A DNA stretch of 60,059 nucleotides, from the NCBI GenBank assembly GCA_902536485.1, contig CACAXP010000004.1:1-60059 (forward strand), written 5' to 3'. This stretch comes from an uncultured Alphaproteobacteria bacterium. Its GTDB lineage: Bacteria; Pseudomonadota; Alphaproteobacteria; Methylaequorales; Methylaequoraceae. Made by a program: the position numbers and the translations under genes. Below, in pieces: positions 36,069-45,895 of the stretch. The notes below the pieces were generated by a model, which did no database searches, was not told where the DNA came from, and saw only the letters and a program-made list of their open reading frames with translations. The number at the start of each line of letters is the position of its first letter. Positions within the stretch are counted from its first letter, which is position 1.

Positions 36069-36455
36069 ATGAGACATTTTATCCATTCAATTTTTATTGT
36101 GTTTATTTTTTTCAACTCAATCAGTTCTGCATCTGATAATATTCCTAACCTAGTTGGTACTTGGGTTGGAATTAATAAGACTGTATCAGAAGATAGAGGT
36201 TACAGATCTTGGGAAAAAAAGGTTGAAATTCTTGAGCAAGATGAAAGACGCTTCAAAGGTAAGTTTTCTTACACTGATGGAACAAAAAACTTTTTTGGGG
36301 TAATACACCCTGATAATAAAACAATTACTTGGGTTGCGACTAACAGCAGAGGATATAATATGGGAAAATTGCTTGACCAAAATAAAATTAGTGCTTGCTA
36401 CGTTGAATCAGGAATTGATGCAACCGCTGGATGTGCTGAACTTACTAGAAAGTAA
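36069..36455 (+). CDS. exported beta-barrel-like hypothetical protein
   Basis: Signal peptide, PNLVGTWVG, C-terminal Cys pair. Confidence 0.75.
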   Translation: MRHFIHSIFIVFIFFNSISSASDNIPNLVGTWVGINKTVSEDRGYRSWEKKVEILEQDERRFKGKFSYTDGTKNFFGVIHPDNKTITWVATNSRGYNMGKLLDQNKISACYVESGIDATAGCAELTRK

Positions 36456-36459
36456 ATGT

Positions 36460-37170
36460 TTACAACAACTCCTTTATCAATAAGGTTGGTTTCTTTAAAA
36501 ATTCATTCCTCGAACCTTGCCAGTGTATTTTTGCATCATCAATAACTATAAATTCCTTAAAATGTTTTAGTGCACTCTTGACATCAGAAGATACTGTCAA
36601 CATAGTGATGTTGAATTCTTTACAAAGGGTTGAAATAATATTAAAAATCATGTTGGTTTTTATCGGATCTAAACCAGCAGTTGGCTCATCTAATAAAAGA
36701 AATTTAGGTTTATGAGAAATTGATCTTGCTATAGCAACCCTTTTTCTCATACCACCTGATAACTCTGAAGGATATAAAAAAGCATCCTTAACATTTAAAC
36801 CAACTTTTTTAAGAAGCTTTTGAGATTCTTTAACAAGAAAATTTTTGTCATTATTTAGGCTTTTAAACATTATATTTTCCCATACTGTCATGCTATCAAA
36901 AAGTGCGTCTTTTTCGAAAACCATCCCTATTGAATTAACTACTTCATTGAATTCCTTTTTGTCTTTGACTGATATATTATTTACTTTAATTTCACCACTA
37001 GAAATCTTAATTAAACCTATTATTGATTTAAGTATGGTACTCTTACCCGATAAACCTTTACCTACTATACATTTCGGAATATTTGGTTTCACTTCAAAAG
37101 AAATATCATGTAAAATTTTTTTTTCTTCAAAATGAAGATTAACTTTATATAAATAAATTGTATTATACAT
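36460..37170 (-). CDS. MlaF-like ABC ATPase (orphan)
   Basis: GLSGKST, ALFDSMTV, LSGGMRKRV, DEPTAGLDPI. Confidence 0.85.
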   Translation of the reverse strand: MYNTIYLYKVNLHFEEKKILHDISFEVKPNIPKCIVGKGLSGKSTILKSIIGLIKISSGEIKVNNISVKDKKEFNEVVNSIGMVFEKDALFDSMTVWENIMFKSLNNDKNFLVKESQKLLKKVGLNVKDAFLYPSELSGGMRKRVAIARSISHKPKFLLLDEPTAGLDPIKTNMIFNIISTLCKEFNITMLTVSSDVKSALKHFKEFIVIDDAKIHWQGSRNEFLKKPTLLIKELL

Positions 37171-37193
37171 AAAAAACTTCTTATGATTTTATT

Positions 37194-37928
37194 GTGAAAA
37201 TTAACTTTAATCAATCCAACATAAAATTTAAAAAAGGAACGGTCATATTAGCAAGTGCTGGACCAGGAGACCCAAACTTAATAACTCTAAAATTAAAATA
37301 TATAATTACCCTTGCTGATGTAGTAATCTTTGATGCGCTTGTTAATAATAAAATTCTTAATCTTTGCAAGCCGAATGTAAAACTTATTTATGCAGGAAAA
37401 TTAAAAGAAAGAAAAGCTTGTACGCAGTCAGAAATTAATGAGTGGCTACTTGAATATTCAAAAAAAAATAAAAAAGTTTTAAGACTTAAAGGAGGAGACG
37501 TTAGTTTTTTTAGTAGAGTAAGTCAGGAAATAAATTTTTTAAAAAAAAATAAAATTAAAACTGAAATACTTTCTGGAATCACATCTTCCCAGGCTTCTTT
37601 AAAAAGTGCTGGATTAAGTTTTTTTAATAAGAGTAATTTTTGTAATTTTATGACAGGTCATAAAATTATTGTAAAAAAAAATAAAGAAGTCAATTATGGT
37701 CAAATTTGTAAAAATAAAGGAAAAATTATTATATATATGGGTGTTAGTCAAATAAGTTTAATTGTCTCAAAACTAATTTCTAATGGAATTAATGAGAATG
37801 AAAAAGTTACTTTAATTCAAAATGCATCTATGGAGTCAGAAAAATTATTTTTTACCTCTTTAAAAAAATGTCCCATGTTTATTAAAAAAAATAACGTTAA
37901 ATCACCTTCAATAATTGTCATAAGATAA
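37194..37928 (+). CDS. cobA: uroporphyrinogen-III C-methyltransferase
   Basis: AGPGDPNLITL, VLRLKGGD, IYMG. Confidence 0.85.
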   Translation: MKINFNQSNIKFKKGTVILASAGPGDPNLITLKLKYIITLADVVIFDALVNNKILNLCKPNVKLIYAGKLKERKACTQSEINEWLLEYSKKNKKVLRLKGGDVSFFSRVSQEINFLKKNKIKTEILSGITSSQASLKSAGLSFFNKSNFCNFMTGHKIIVKKNKEVNYGQICKNKGKIIIYMGVSQISLIVSKLISNGINENEKVTLIQNASMESEKLFFTSLKKCPMFIKKNNVKSPSIIVIR

Positions 37929-37955
37929 AAAAATTATCAAACCTGAAAAATATAT

Positions 37956-38813
37956 ATGAAAAATAAAATTGAATTCTTTTTGCTATTATTTTTTTATAAC
38001 ATTTCAAGATTAATTGGAGTAAACCTTTCATCTTATTTAGGAGGAATCATAGCCTGGTTTTACGGACTATTTTCTAACAGAAATGTGATAGGGATGAAAA
38101 ATTTAAATTTAGTTTTTCCTAGGAAAAATTTAATAGAGAAAAAAAAAATTTTAAGAAGAATGTGGTTTCATTTTGGAAGAGTCATTGGTGAATATCCTCA
38201 TCTTCATAAAATAAAAATTCACAAAAATACAAACGTAAAAATAGTAGGAATTAAAAATTTATTAGGCCCACTGAAAAAAGAAAAGAATTGTATTTACTTT
38301 TCAGCACATATCGGTAATTGGGAGTTATCGTCTCATCCTTTAACACAAAATGGATTTAAGATTAATTTCGTTTATAGAGCATTTAATAATAAATATGTAG
38401 ATGATTTACTAAGGAAAATAAGATTTAAATATGGTGTTAATCTTATAAAGAAGGGATCAGATGGTGCCAAAGAATGTATTAAAGCATTAAAAAATAAAGA
38501 AAACCTTGGAATGTTAATTGATCAAAAAATGAACGATGGTTTACCCATCAGTTTTTTTAATAAATTAGCAATGACTGCTCCAGCTATAGCTAAATTTTCT
38601 CTCAAGTTTAAATGCCAAATTGTTCCAGCTTTATGTGTAAGAGAAAAGGGTACAAAATATAAAATAGAATATTTCAAACCAATTCAATACAGTTTTTTAA
38701 AAAAGCTTGGCTCTGAAGAAAAAATTATGCTTTATTTGAATAAAATTATCGAAAAGTGGATTCTTAAACATCCAGAGCAGTGGATTTGGGTTCATGAAAG
38801 GTGGAAAAATTAG
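37956..38813 (+). CDS. lipid A late acyltransferase (LpxL/HtrB family)
   Basis: AHIGNWE, LIDQK, PEQWIWVHERWK. Confidence 0.92.
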   Translation: MKNKIEFFLLLFFYNISRLIGVNLSSYLGGIIAWFYGLFSNRNVIGMKNLNLVFPRKNLIEKKKILRRMWFHFGRVIGEYPHLHKIKIHKNTNVKIVGIKNLLGPLKKEKNCIYFSAHIGNWELSSHPLTQNGFKINFVYRAFNNKYVDDLLRKIRFKYGVNLIKKGSDGAKECIKALKNKENLGMLIDQKMNDGLPISFFNKLAMTAPAIAKFSLKFKCQIVPALCVREKGTKYKIEYFKPIQYSFLKKLGSEEKIMLYLNKIIEKWILKHPEQWIWVHERWKN

Positions 38814-39745
38814 AGTTCAAGAGTATTTATCAGTTTTTTACAAACTTTATTTGTCTCTAAAAGTTTTTTATATTTCCAATTTTCTAGCTTACCATTGAAT
38901 AATTTAGCCATTTTTTTTTCTAATATAAGCTCTGTGAAATCCTTAATTTTAGTTTTTATTTTTTTTATTGGAACAATGTACACTTTTTTTCCAGAAGATA
39001 GAGAATCTGAAATCATACTTATTGAATCAGCCGTAACAAAAACATATTCAGAGATATTTAATAATAGCCAATAGGGATTATTTCTTTTTTGTGGAAAAAA
39101 AAAGTTTTCACTTGATGCCTTTTGCTTGATCAAATTTTTAATATGAACAGGAGTCCTTCTTGAAAAACAATAAATGACTTCATAGTCTTCTGATAGTAAA
39201 TTTAATTTTTTAATTGTATTCTCAAGTTCTTCAAATAAAATTTTCGAACTTTTACCATCTCCTCCAATAAGAAATGAAATTTTTTTTTTTTTTTTATCAA
39301 AAGGCTTACCAATGTTTTTATTTTTTTTTTTAAATCTTTTTAGGTCAACTAATGTTCCGAACGTTGTAATTACATTTTTTTCAACTTTTTGTTTTATGTC
39401 ATGTTCTGGAATAATGATTTGGTCGAATTCGTTTTTTTTGAAATAAGGATTAAGAATATGACAGTTTTTTGCAAAACTTTTTTTTTTAAAAACTAAATTA
39501 AATGGCGCAGATATTCTTCCGCATGAAATGATAAAGTCAATCTTTTTTCTAGGCTCAAAATAGTATCTAATTCTTAAAAAAAAATAAATTAAAAAATTTG
39601 GTAAATAGCCTAACAAGCCTCGATAAACTTCCATATATTCAACAACTATTTCTTTTTTTGATATTCTTTTTAATTCATTGATAATTGAGTTACATTGATT
39701 AAGACTACTTAATTTATTGTCAGTAACAGCTAAGATATTGAACAT
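38810..39745 (-). CDS. ELM1-family protein
   Basis: IIIPEHD, LIGG, FSRRTP, VTADSISMISDSLSSGK. Confidence 0.88.
   Translation of the reverse strand: MFNILAVTDNKLSSLNQCNSIINELKRISKKEIVVEYMEVYRGLLGYLPNFLIYFFLRIRYYFEPRKKIDFIISCGRISAPFNLVFKKKSFAKNCHILNPYFKKNEFDQIIIPEHDIKQKVEKNVITTFGTLVDLKRFKKKNKNIGKPFDKKKKKISFLIGGDGKSSKILFEELENTIKKLNLLSEDYEVIYCFSRRTPVHIKNLIKQKASSENFFFPQKRNNPYWLLLNISEYVFVTADSISMISDSLSSGKKVYIVPIKKIKTKIKDFTELILEKKMAKLFNGKLENWKYKKLLETNKVCKKLINTLEL
39280..39295. repeat. T16 homopolymer (A16 on the coding strand) in the ELM1-family gene
   Basis: 16 consecutive T; gene currently in frame. Confidence 0.9.
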
Positions 39746-39749
39746 GTTT

Positions 39750-40436
39750 TTAAACTTTTTTTTTACTTTTTTTTATAACTAAATATTTATAGCCTATTGC
39801 CAGGTAAACCATAAAAAATAAAGCGAATAAATTATCACTTAAAAAGTGTCCACCCATTGAAATTCTACAAAAACTAACAATTATTCCAAAAAGCATGTTC
39901 AGAGAAAAGAATAAAGGATTTTTTAAAATTAATGCTCCAACCAAAAAAGAAAAGGCGGCTGACGATTCTCCACTTATCCATGAGCAATTTTTTTCACATT
40001 GATCAGACTTGACAAAAGCACGAGAAAAATTTTTGTCACCTCCAAATTCTGTAATATGAACTGGCCTTGCCCTACCCCATTGATCTTTAAAATACCAATT
40101 AGCTATTATTCCAGAGCCCACTATTGGACCAATAATAAGTCCTATTAAAGCTAATCTAAATCTTTTGTTTAGGAATGTTTTTAGATTTTTAAACTTCTTA
40201 GCATAATCTACTAGTAAAATAAAAAGTGAAGTTATTGGTATTAAAACCATTAAATCTTTCAAAAAAGATCTCAGACTTTTAATAAAAATTATTCTTTCAG
40301 AGATAAATTTATTATTTTCAAAAAAGAGGTTAGAAAAATAAATATCTGATTCTGGAAAAAATGTAAAAAACATTAAAAAAAAAAAAAAAAAAAACGTATT
40401 TATTACTAATAAATTTTTAAGTTTTAAATATTTCAT
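39750..40436 (-). CDS. PAP2-family phosphatase (lipid A phosphatase-like)
   Basis: KDQWGRARP, NCSWISGE, RISMGGHFLSD. Confidence 0.85.
   Translation of the reverse strand: MKYLKLKNLLVINTFFFFFFLMFFTFFPESDIYFSNLFFENNKFISERIIFIKSLRSFLKDLMVLIPITSLFILLVDYAKKFKNLKTFLNKRFRLALIGLIIGPIVGSGIIANWYFKDQWGRARPVHITEFGGDKNFSRAFVKSDQCEKNCSWISGESSAAFSFLVGALILKNPLFFSLNMLFGIIVSFCRISMGGHFLSDNLFALFFMVYLAIGYKYLVIKKSKKKV
40375..40394. repeat. A20 homopolymer (T20 on the coding strand) near the 5' end of the PAP2 gene
   Basis: 20 consecutive A; encodes the poly-Phe stretch, currently in frame. Confidence 0.9.
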
Positions 40437-40442
40437 AAATTA

Positions 40443-40826
40443 TTATTTTGAGCCTCTTTTTGGTTTAAGAACGTTTAAATATCGAAGTCTCAAAACTATA
40501 ATTGCTAAAGCTAGTATAAAAATAGCTAATGACTCATAAATGAGAATTGCAGGATCTAAGTCCTTCTTTTGGAGTATTATTAATCGAGAAATTGCAGTTA
40601 TAGCAATTATTAAAGGATATGTAATTCTTATCTCCTCTTGTAGTAAATATACTCTAATCATTCCCATTACCTCCACATAAATAAAAAGTAATAGTAAATC
40701 TGCAAGTTCTACTTTTTTTATGCTAATCATATTAAAAACTTCGATTGAAAAACCTATTACTGCTCCAATGAAAATTAGTAAGACTGCTGAAACCTGGACA
40801 AATCTAATTATTTTTTTTATCTCCAT
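40443..40826 (-). CDS. PsiE-family membrane protein
   Basis: LADLLLLFIYVEV, YPLIIAITAISRLII. Confidence 0.85.
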   Translation of the reverse strand: MEIKKIIRFVQVSAVLLIFIGAVIGFSIEVFNMISIKKVELADLLLLFIYVEVMGMIRVYLLQEEIRITYPLIIAITAISRLIILQKKDLDPAILIYESLAIFILALAIIVLRLRYLNVLKPKRGSK

Positions 40827-41000
40827 GGTTTCATAATCTTATTTATTTTTCTTGAAGTCAATCAAACATTTTTTCAATTCAGAGATAAAAGAAAAAAAAT
40901 TTTAATCAATATTTGATTAGACGGTTTTTTTTACAATATCAGATTCCATGTGTTTTAGTAAAAATTTAGTGATATAATATGTTTTTAATTTTGTAAATAA

Positions 41001-42437
41001 ATGAAACAAAAAATTTATCCTGTGATAATGTGTGGTGGTTACGGAACAAGATTGTGGCCAGCTTCAAGAAAAAGTTTTCCAAAACAATTTATGAAGATAA
41101 ATTCTAACAACCCCCTATTTATAGAAACAATTAAAAGATTTATAAGTAAAAATTTTTATGATGTAACATTAATTGGTAATTATGAACATCGTTTTCTTTT
41201 AAAAAACTTTCTTAATAATTATAAGATAAAATATCGTTCAATAATTTTAGAACCTTTCTCTAAAAATACTCTAATATCAGCAATTTTAAGTGTTCTTGAA
41301 ATCAAAGATTTAGATAAAAATGCCAAAATACTAATTGTTCCAGCAGACCAAATAATTAAAGATAAAAAAAAATTAATAACTAGTATTTTAGAAACAAGTT
41401 CTTTGGTTGATAGTGGCTACATCAACACATTTGGAATCAAACCTACACACCCGTCAACTCAATTTGGCTATATAAAACCAAAAAATAAAAAATTGTCTAA
41501 TCACTCGAGTGAAGTTGAAAACTTTTTAGAAAAACCTAATCGAGAGAAAGCAATTAAACTTTTTAAATCAAAATCATACTTTTGGAATTCTGGGATTTTC
41601 TTTTTTTCAGCAAAGAGTTTTTTAAATGAAATTAATACTCATGCGCCAAAAACCTACAAGAAGGTTAAAGAAGTGTTTTTAGAAAAAAAAAAAGTTTTTG
41701 AATTTATCTCATTTCCAGAAAAAAAATTTAAACTTCTTCCTAATCAATCAATTGATAAAGGTTTAATGGAAAAGACAAAAAATGCTGCCATAACTTTTAC
41801 TAATGTAGATTGGAGTGATATCGGTTCATGGCAAGGAGTTTGGGAATGTTTAAAAAAAGATAAACAAAATAATTACTCAAACCATAAAAATCTGATATTT
41901 AAAAATGTTAAAAACTCATTAGTCTGGTCGTCAAATCCTGAAAAAAAGTTAGTTGGTATAAATGTAGATAATCTAATTGTAGTTGAAGAAGATGACACAA
42001 CCTTAATTATGAATAAGGATAAAAATAATGATGAACTCAGAGATATAGTTGGAAAATTAAAAAGAAAAAAACATATTTCTCTTGATGTTCATAAACATAT
42101 TTATAGACCATGGGGTGAATTTAAAACTATTCACACAGATCAAGGCTTTCAAATAAAGATTTTAATAATTTATCCAAAAAACAAAATTTCTTTACAGTAT
42201 CATAAAAAAAGATCAGAGCACTGGGTTGTTGTTGAGGGAAAAGCTTCAGTTACAAAAGGTGACCAAAGGTTTGATTTAAAAACAAACCAATCAACATTTA
42301 TAGATGTTGGAGAAATTCATCGCCTTGAAAATAAAACTTCTCGAATACTAAAGTTAGTTGAAGTTCAAACTGGTAAATATCTCGGAGAAGATGATATTGT
42401 AAGAATTCAGGATAAATATGGAAGAAAAAAAAAGTAG
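41001..42437 (+). CDS. manC: mannose-1-P guanylyltransferase/mannose-6-P isomerase
   Basis: GGYGTRLWPASR, WNSGIF, WSDIGSW, RPWG, SLQYH...EHW. Confidence 0.95.
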   Translation: MKQKIYPVIMCGGYGTRLWPASRKSFPKQFMKINSNNPLFIETIKRFISKNFYDVTLIGNYEHRFLLKNFLNNYKIKYRSIILEPFSKNTLISAILSVLEIKDLDKNAKILIVPADQIIKDKKKLITSILETSSLVDSGYINTFGIKPTHPSTQFGYIKPKNKKLSNHSSEVENFLEKPNREKAIKLFKSKSYFWNSGIFFFSAKSFLNEINTHAPKTYKKVKEVFLEKKKVFEFISFPEKKFKLLPNQSIDKGLMEKTKNAAITFTNVDWSDIGSWQGVWECLKKDKQNNYSNHKNLIFKNVKNSLVWSSNPEKKLVGINVDNLIVVEEDDTTLIMNKDKNNDELRDIVGKLKRKKHISLDVHKHIYRPWGEFKTIHTDQGFQIKILIIYPKNKISLQYHKKRSEHWVVVEGKASVTKGDQRFDLKTNQSTFIDVGEIHRLENKTSRILKLVEVQTGKYLGEDDIVRIQDKYGRKKK

Positions 42438-43380
42438 AATTTCCTTAGAGAATAAAAAAATATGGGTTGTAGGACATAACGGTATGGTTGGTAATTCTAT
42501 CCTTAAAAAATTAACGAAATTTAAATCAAAGATTTTAGTTGCAGAAAAAAAAGATTTAGACTTAAGGTGTCAGGAAAAAGTTTTAAACTGGATGAAAAGA
42601 AAAAAACCTGAGGTAATATTTTTAGCTGCAGCAAAAGTTGGAGGAATCGCTGCTAATATGTCTTTTCCAAGAGACTTTTTGTATGATAATATAATGATTT
42701 CTTTTAATATAATTAATTCAGCAAAATTAATTAATGTAAATAAGCTTGTTTATTTAGGTTCATCATGTATTTACCCAAAAAATGGCAAGCAACCATTCGT
42801 TGAAGATTCCCTTTTAAAGGGAGAGCTAGAAACTACTAACCAGTGGTACTCTCTTGCAAAGATTGCTGGCATCAAATTATGTGAGGCTTTTAGAATTCAA
42901 GATAATTGTAATTTTATATCAGTCATGCCAACTAACTTATATGGTCCAATGGATAAATTTGATGATTATAACGGTCATGTTCCTGCAGCACTCTTGAATA
43001 GGTTTCATTTAGCTAAAATAAATAATTTGCCAAAAGTAACAGTATGGGGAAGTGGAACTCCATTAAGAGAGTTTTTATATGTTGATGATTTGGCAGATGC
43101 ATGTGTTTTTTTAGCTGAAAATTATAACTCATCCCAGCTAATTAATGTTGGTTCAGGGCATGAAATTTCTATCAAAAAATTTGCCAATCTAATCAAAGAA
43201 ATTGTTGGGTATAAAGGGAAAATAATATTTGATACCTCTAAGCCCGATGGAATGAAAAGAAAACTGTTAGACTCAGAAAAAATAAAAAGAATTGGTTGGA
43301 AACCTAAAATTAGTTTAAAAAAAGGTTTAAAACTTTTCTACAAATGGTATTTAGATAATCAAAATATATTAAGAAAATAA
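42418..43380 (+). CDS. fcl: GDP-L-fucose synthase
   Basis: GHNGMVG, AAAKVGGI, LGSSCIYP, MPTNLYGP, PDGMKRK. Confidence 0.96.
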   Translation: MEEKKSRISLENKKIWVVGHNGMVGNSILKKLTKFKSKILVAEKKDLDLRCQEKVLNWMKRKKPEVIFLAAAKVGGIAANMSFPRDFLYDNIMISFNIINSAKLINVNKLVYLGSSCIYPKNGKQPFVEDSLLKGELETTNQWYSLAKIAGIKLCEAFRIQDNCNFISVMPTNLYGPMDKFDDYNGHVPAALLNRFHLAKINNLPKVTVWGSGTPLREFLYVDDLADACVFLAENYNSSQLINVGSGHEISIKKFANLIKEIVGYKGKIIFDTSKPDGMKRKLLDSEKIKRIGWKPKISLKKGLKLFYKWYLDNQNILRK

Positions 43381-43392
43381 AGGCACTAAATT

Positions 43393-44427
43393 TTGAAAAA
43401 AATAGCACTTATAACTGGAGTAACTGGTCAAGATGGTGCTTTATTATCCGAGTTTCTTCTTAAGAAAAATTATGAAGTCCATGGTATTAAAAGAAGATCA
43501 TCCTCTTTTAATACTGCCAGAATTGATCATCTCTATAAAGATCCCAAAGAAACAAAAACAAATTTTTTCTTACACTATGGCGATCTAACAGATGCAACAA
43601 ATCTAATAAGACTTTTAAAAGAAATAAAACCTACAGAAATCTATAACTTGGCAGCCCAGAGCCATGTTCATGTAAGCTTTGAAACTCCTGAATATACAGC
43701 TAATGCCGATGCTCTTGGTACACTTAGAATACTTGAGGGAATAAGAATACTTGGTCTTGAAAAAAAAATTAAATTTTACCAAGCCTCTACCTCAGAGTTA
43801 TACGGAAAAGTTTCAGATAAATTACAAAACGAAGAAACTGCTTTCTATCCACGTAGCCCTTATGGAGTTGCAAAACTTTATTCCTATTGGATAACTAAAA
43901 ATTATAGAGAGGCCTATAATATTTTTGCATCTAATGGAATTTTATTTAATCATGAAAGTTCAATAAGAGGTGAAACTTTTGTGTCAAGGAAAATTGCAAG
44001 AGGTATTGCGGCGATAGTAAATAAAAAACAAAAATATTTATATCTGGGCAATCTTAACGCAAAAAGAGACTGGGGACACGCAAAGGATTTTGTGGAAGGA
44101 ATGTGGATGATATTACAACATAAGAAGCCTGATGACTTTGTTCTGGCAACAAGTAAAACTTACTCAGTTAGGGATTTTGTTGAACTAGCATTTTCTTTTG
44201 TTGATATTAGCATAGAATGGTCTGGAACTGGAGTAAATGAAGTTGGAAGAAACTCAAAAAACGGAGAAACTTTGATTAAAATTGATAGTGCATATTTTCG
44301 ACCGGCAGAAGTTGACTATTTAAGAGGTGACTACAAAAAAGCAAACAGAATTCTAGGTTGGAAACCAAAGATCTCGTTTAAAGAACTTGTGAAAGAAATG
44401 GTCGAAAATGAGCTTCTGAATATTTAA
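43393..44427 (+). CDS. gmd: GDP-mannose 4,6-dehydratase
   Basis: [32 protein letters not shown]. Confidence 0.98.
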   Translation: MKKIALITGVTGQDGALLSEFLLKKNYEVHGIKRRSSSFNTARIDHLYKDPKETKTNFFLHYGDLTDATNLIRLLKEIKPTEIYNLAAQSHVHVSFETPEYTANADALGTLRILEGIRILGLEKKIKFYQASTSELYGKVSDKLQNEETAFYPRSPYGVAKLYSYWITKNYREAYNIFASNGILFNHESSIRGETFVSRKIARGIAAIVNKKQKYLYLGNLNAKRDWGHAKDFVEGMWMILQHKKPDDFVLATSKTYSVRDFVELAFSFVDISIEWSGTGVNEVGRNSKNGETLIKIDSAYFRPAEVDYLRGDYKKANRILGWKPKISFKELVKEMVENELLNI

Positions 44428-45522
44428 ATTTCACTATAAATCTTATTGTATTTTTTAAATGATGTTTCTAGACTAAATTTTTCTTTTACTATTCTTTTAC
44501 TTACTCTTCCAAATTTTTTTCTTGTTAATTTATTTTTTATTAGCTCTTCAAGTCTTTGTGAAAGTTTAATATCGTCATCTTTTTCAACTAAAAATCCATT
44601 TTTATTATTAAACACTTGTTCAACATTTCCACCAACTTTGGTTGCTATAACTGGTAGACCATAACTCATATACTCAAGAATGCTATTGGATAATCCTTCC
44701 TCATTGGAAGTAAGAATACCTATATCAGCATTCATGAGAAACTTTGATATATTTTTATTTTTTTTAATAAAATTAATTTTACCTTTATTCTCAAACTTAA
44801 TTTTGCTTTTCAATTCATTCACAATATTATCTGTATCATTTCCAACTAAGTTGAGAGACCATTCCAGTCTATCCGGTAATTTATTAAAGGCATTAATAAT
44901 CATATTATGGTTCTTGTAACTAATGAAATTTGCAATACATAAAATCTGGACTATTTTTTTTTCTTTTTTTATGATGTTAGCTATTTCAACACCATTACTT
45001 ATGATAAGACATTTTTTTGGATTTACACCTTCCTCATTAATAAGTTGATAATAATTTTGTTTAGAATTTGTAATTATTAAATTCATTTTTTTATGAAGTT
45101 TTTTTTCAATAAATCTGCAAAAAAGGAATTTTTTTTTGATAATAGTTTAAGGATCTTCTAGACATTAAATATTTTTTTTTAGAGAAAAAATATGGAAGAA
45201 AAGATCCCAGTAGATAACTGTGCGGTAGATAAAAATGGACTATATCTGGTTTACTTTGTATAAAAGATTTTAGAATCATGTAGATATAGCTAATGATTCT
45301 AAATGGCATACTTCGTTGACTTTCTTTTTTGGGTACTAAAACTTTAATCTTCAACTTTTTATAATCATTTAATAAATCTCCTCCTCTAATAAATGACAAA
45401 ACAGTAAAATCAAAGTAATTAGACAAAGAACCTATTATTTTTAATAATTGTTTCTCAGTTCCTCCAATATCTAAAGAACCAATAATTATTAAAATTTTAC
45501 GTTTAAATTTTTTCACCGACAA
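44424..45522 (-). pseudogene. GT4 glycosyltransferase split by a 1-nt frameshift
   Basis: N-terminal half (GGTEKQ, 45106-45522) and C-terminal half (EGLSNSILEYM, 44424-45086) fuse into about 365 aa if one base is removed from the coding-strand A9 (45129-45137) or T6 (45119-45124). Confidence 0.8.
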
Positions 45523-45895
45523 TAATTGCTGAAGCTATACAATATTTTTTTTCATGAGAAATACTAACTAGTATATTAAAGTCTTTAGTTTTTTTTTTCA
45601 AAAGTTGATTTATATTTCTGTCAAGAATTATTTCTGGTTTTCCATAATTATCATTTATTACTGATATTTTTTTGAAGCTTAATCCATTTCGAAATCCTAT
45701 ACCCAAAGCCTTAGCAATAGCTTCTTTAGCAACAAATCTTCCGGATACAAAATCAATTCTTCTCTTTTTTTGTGTGGGAATTATTTTTAACTCCTGCTTA
45801 CTAAGAACTTTAATTAAAAAGTTAAAACCAAATTTATCATAAATCTTTGAAATTCTTCTAATTTCAACTATGTCAATACCTTGCCGAAAATACAT
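45503..45895 (-). CDS. acpS: holo-ACP synthase
   Basis: GIDIVEI, RFVAKEAIAKALGIG, GKP, VSISHE. Confidence 0.93.
   Translation of the reverse strand: MYFRQGIDIVEIRRISKIYDKFGFNFLIKVLSKQELKIIPTQKKRRIDFVSGRFVAKEAIAKALGIGFRNGLSFKKISVINDNYGKPEIILDRNINQLLKKKTKDFNILVSISHEKKYCIASAIIVGEKI

Noticed and set aside
33182-36115. Long N-terminal extensions in the ORF track for fpr and ampG (also fliO, rpoN, motB)
   Set aside because: They overlap divergent genes or promoters; downstream ATGs fit family starts or RBS positions better
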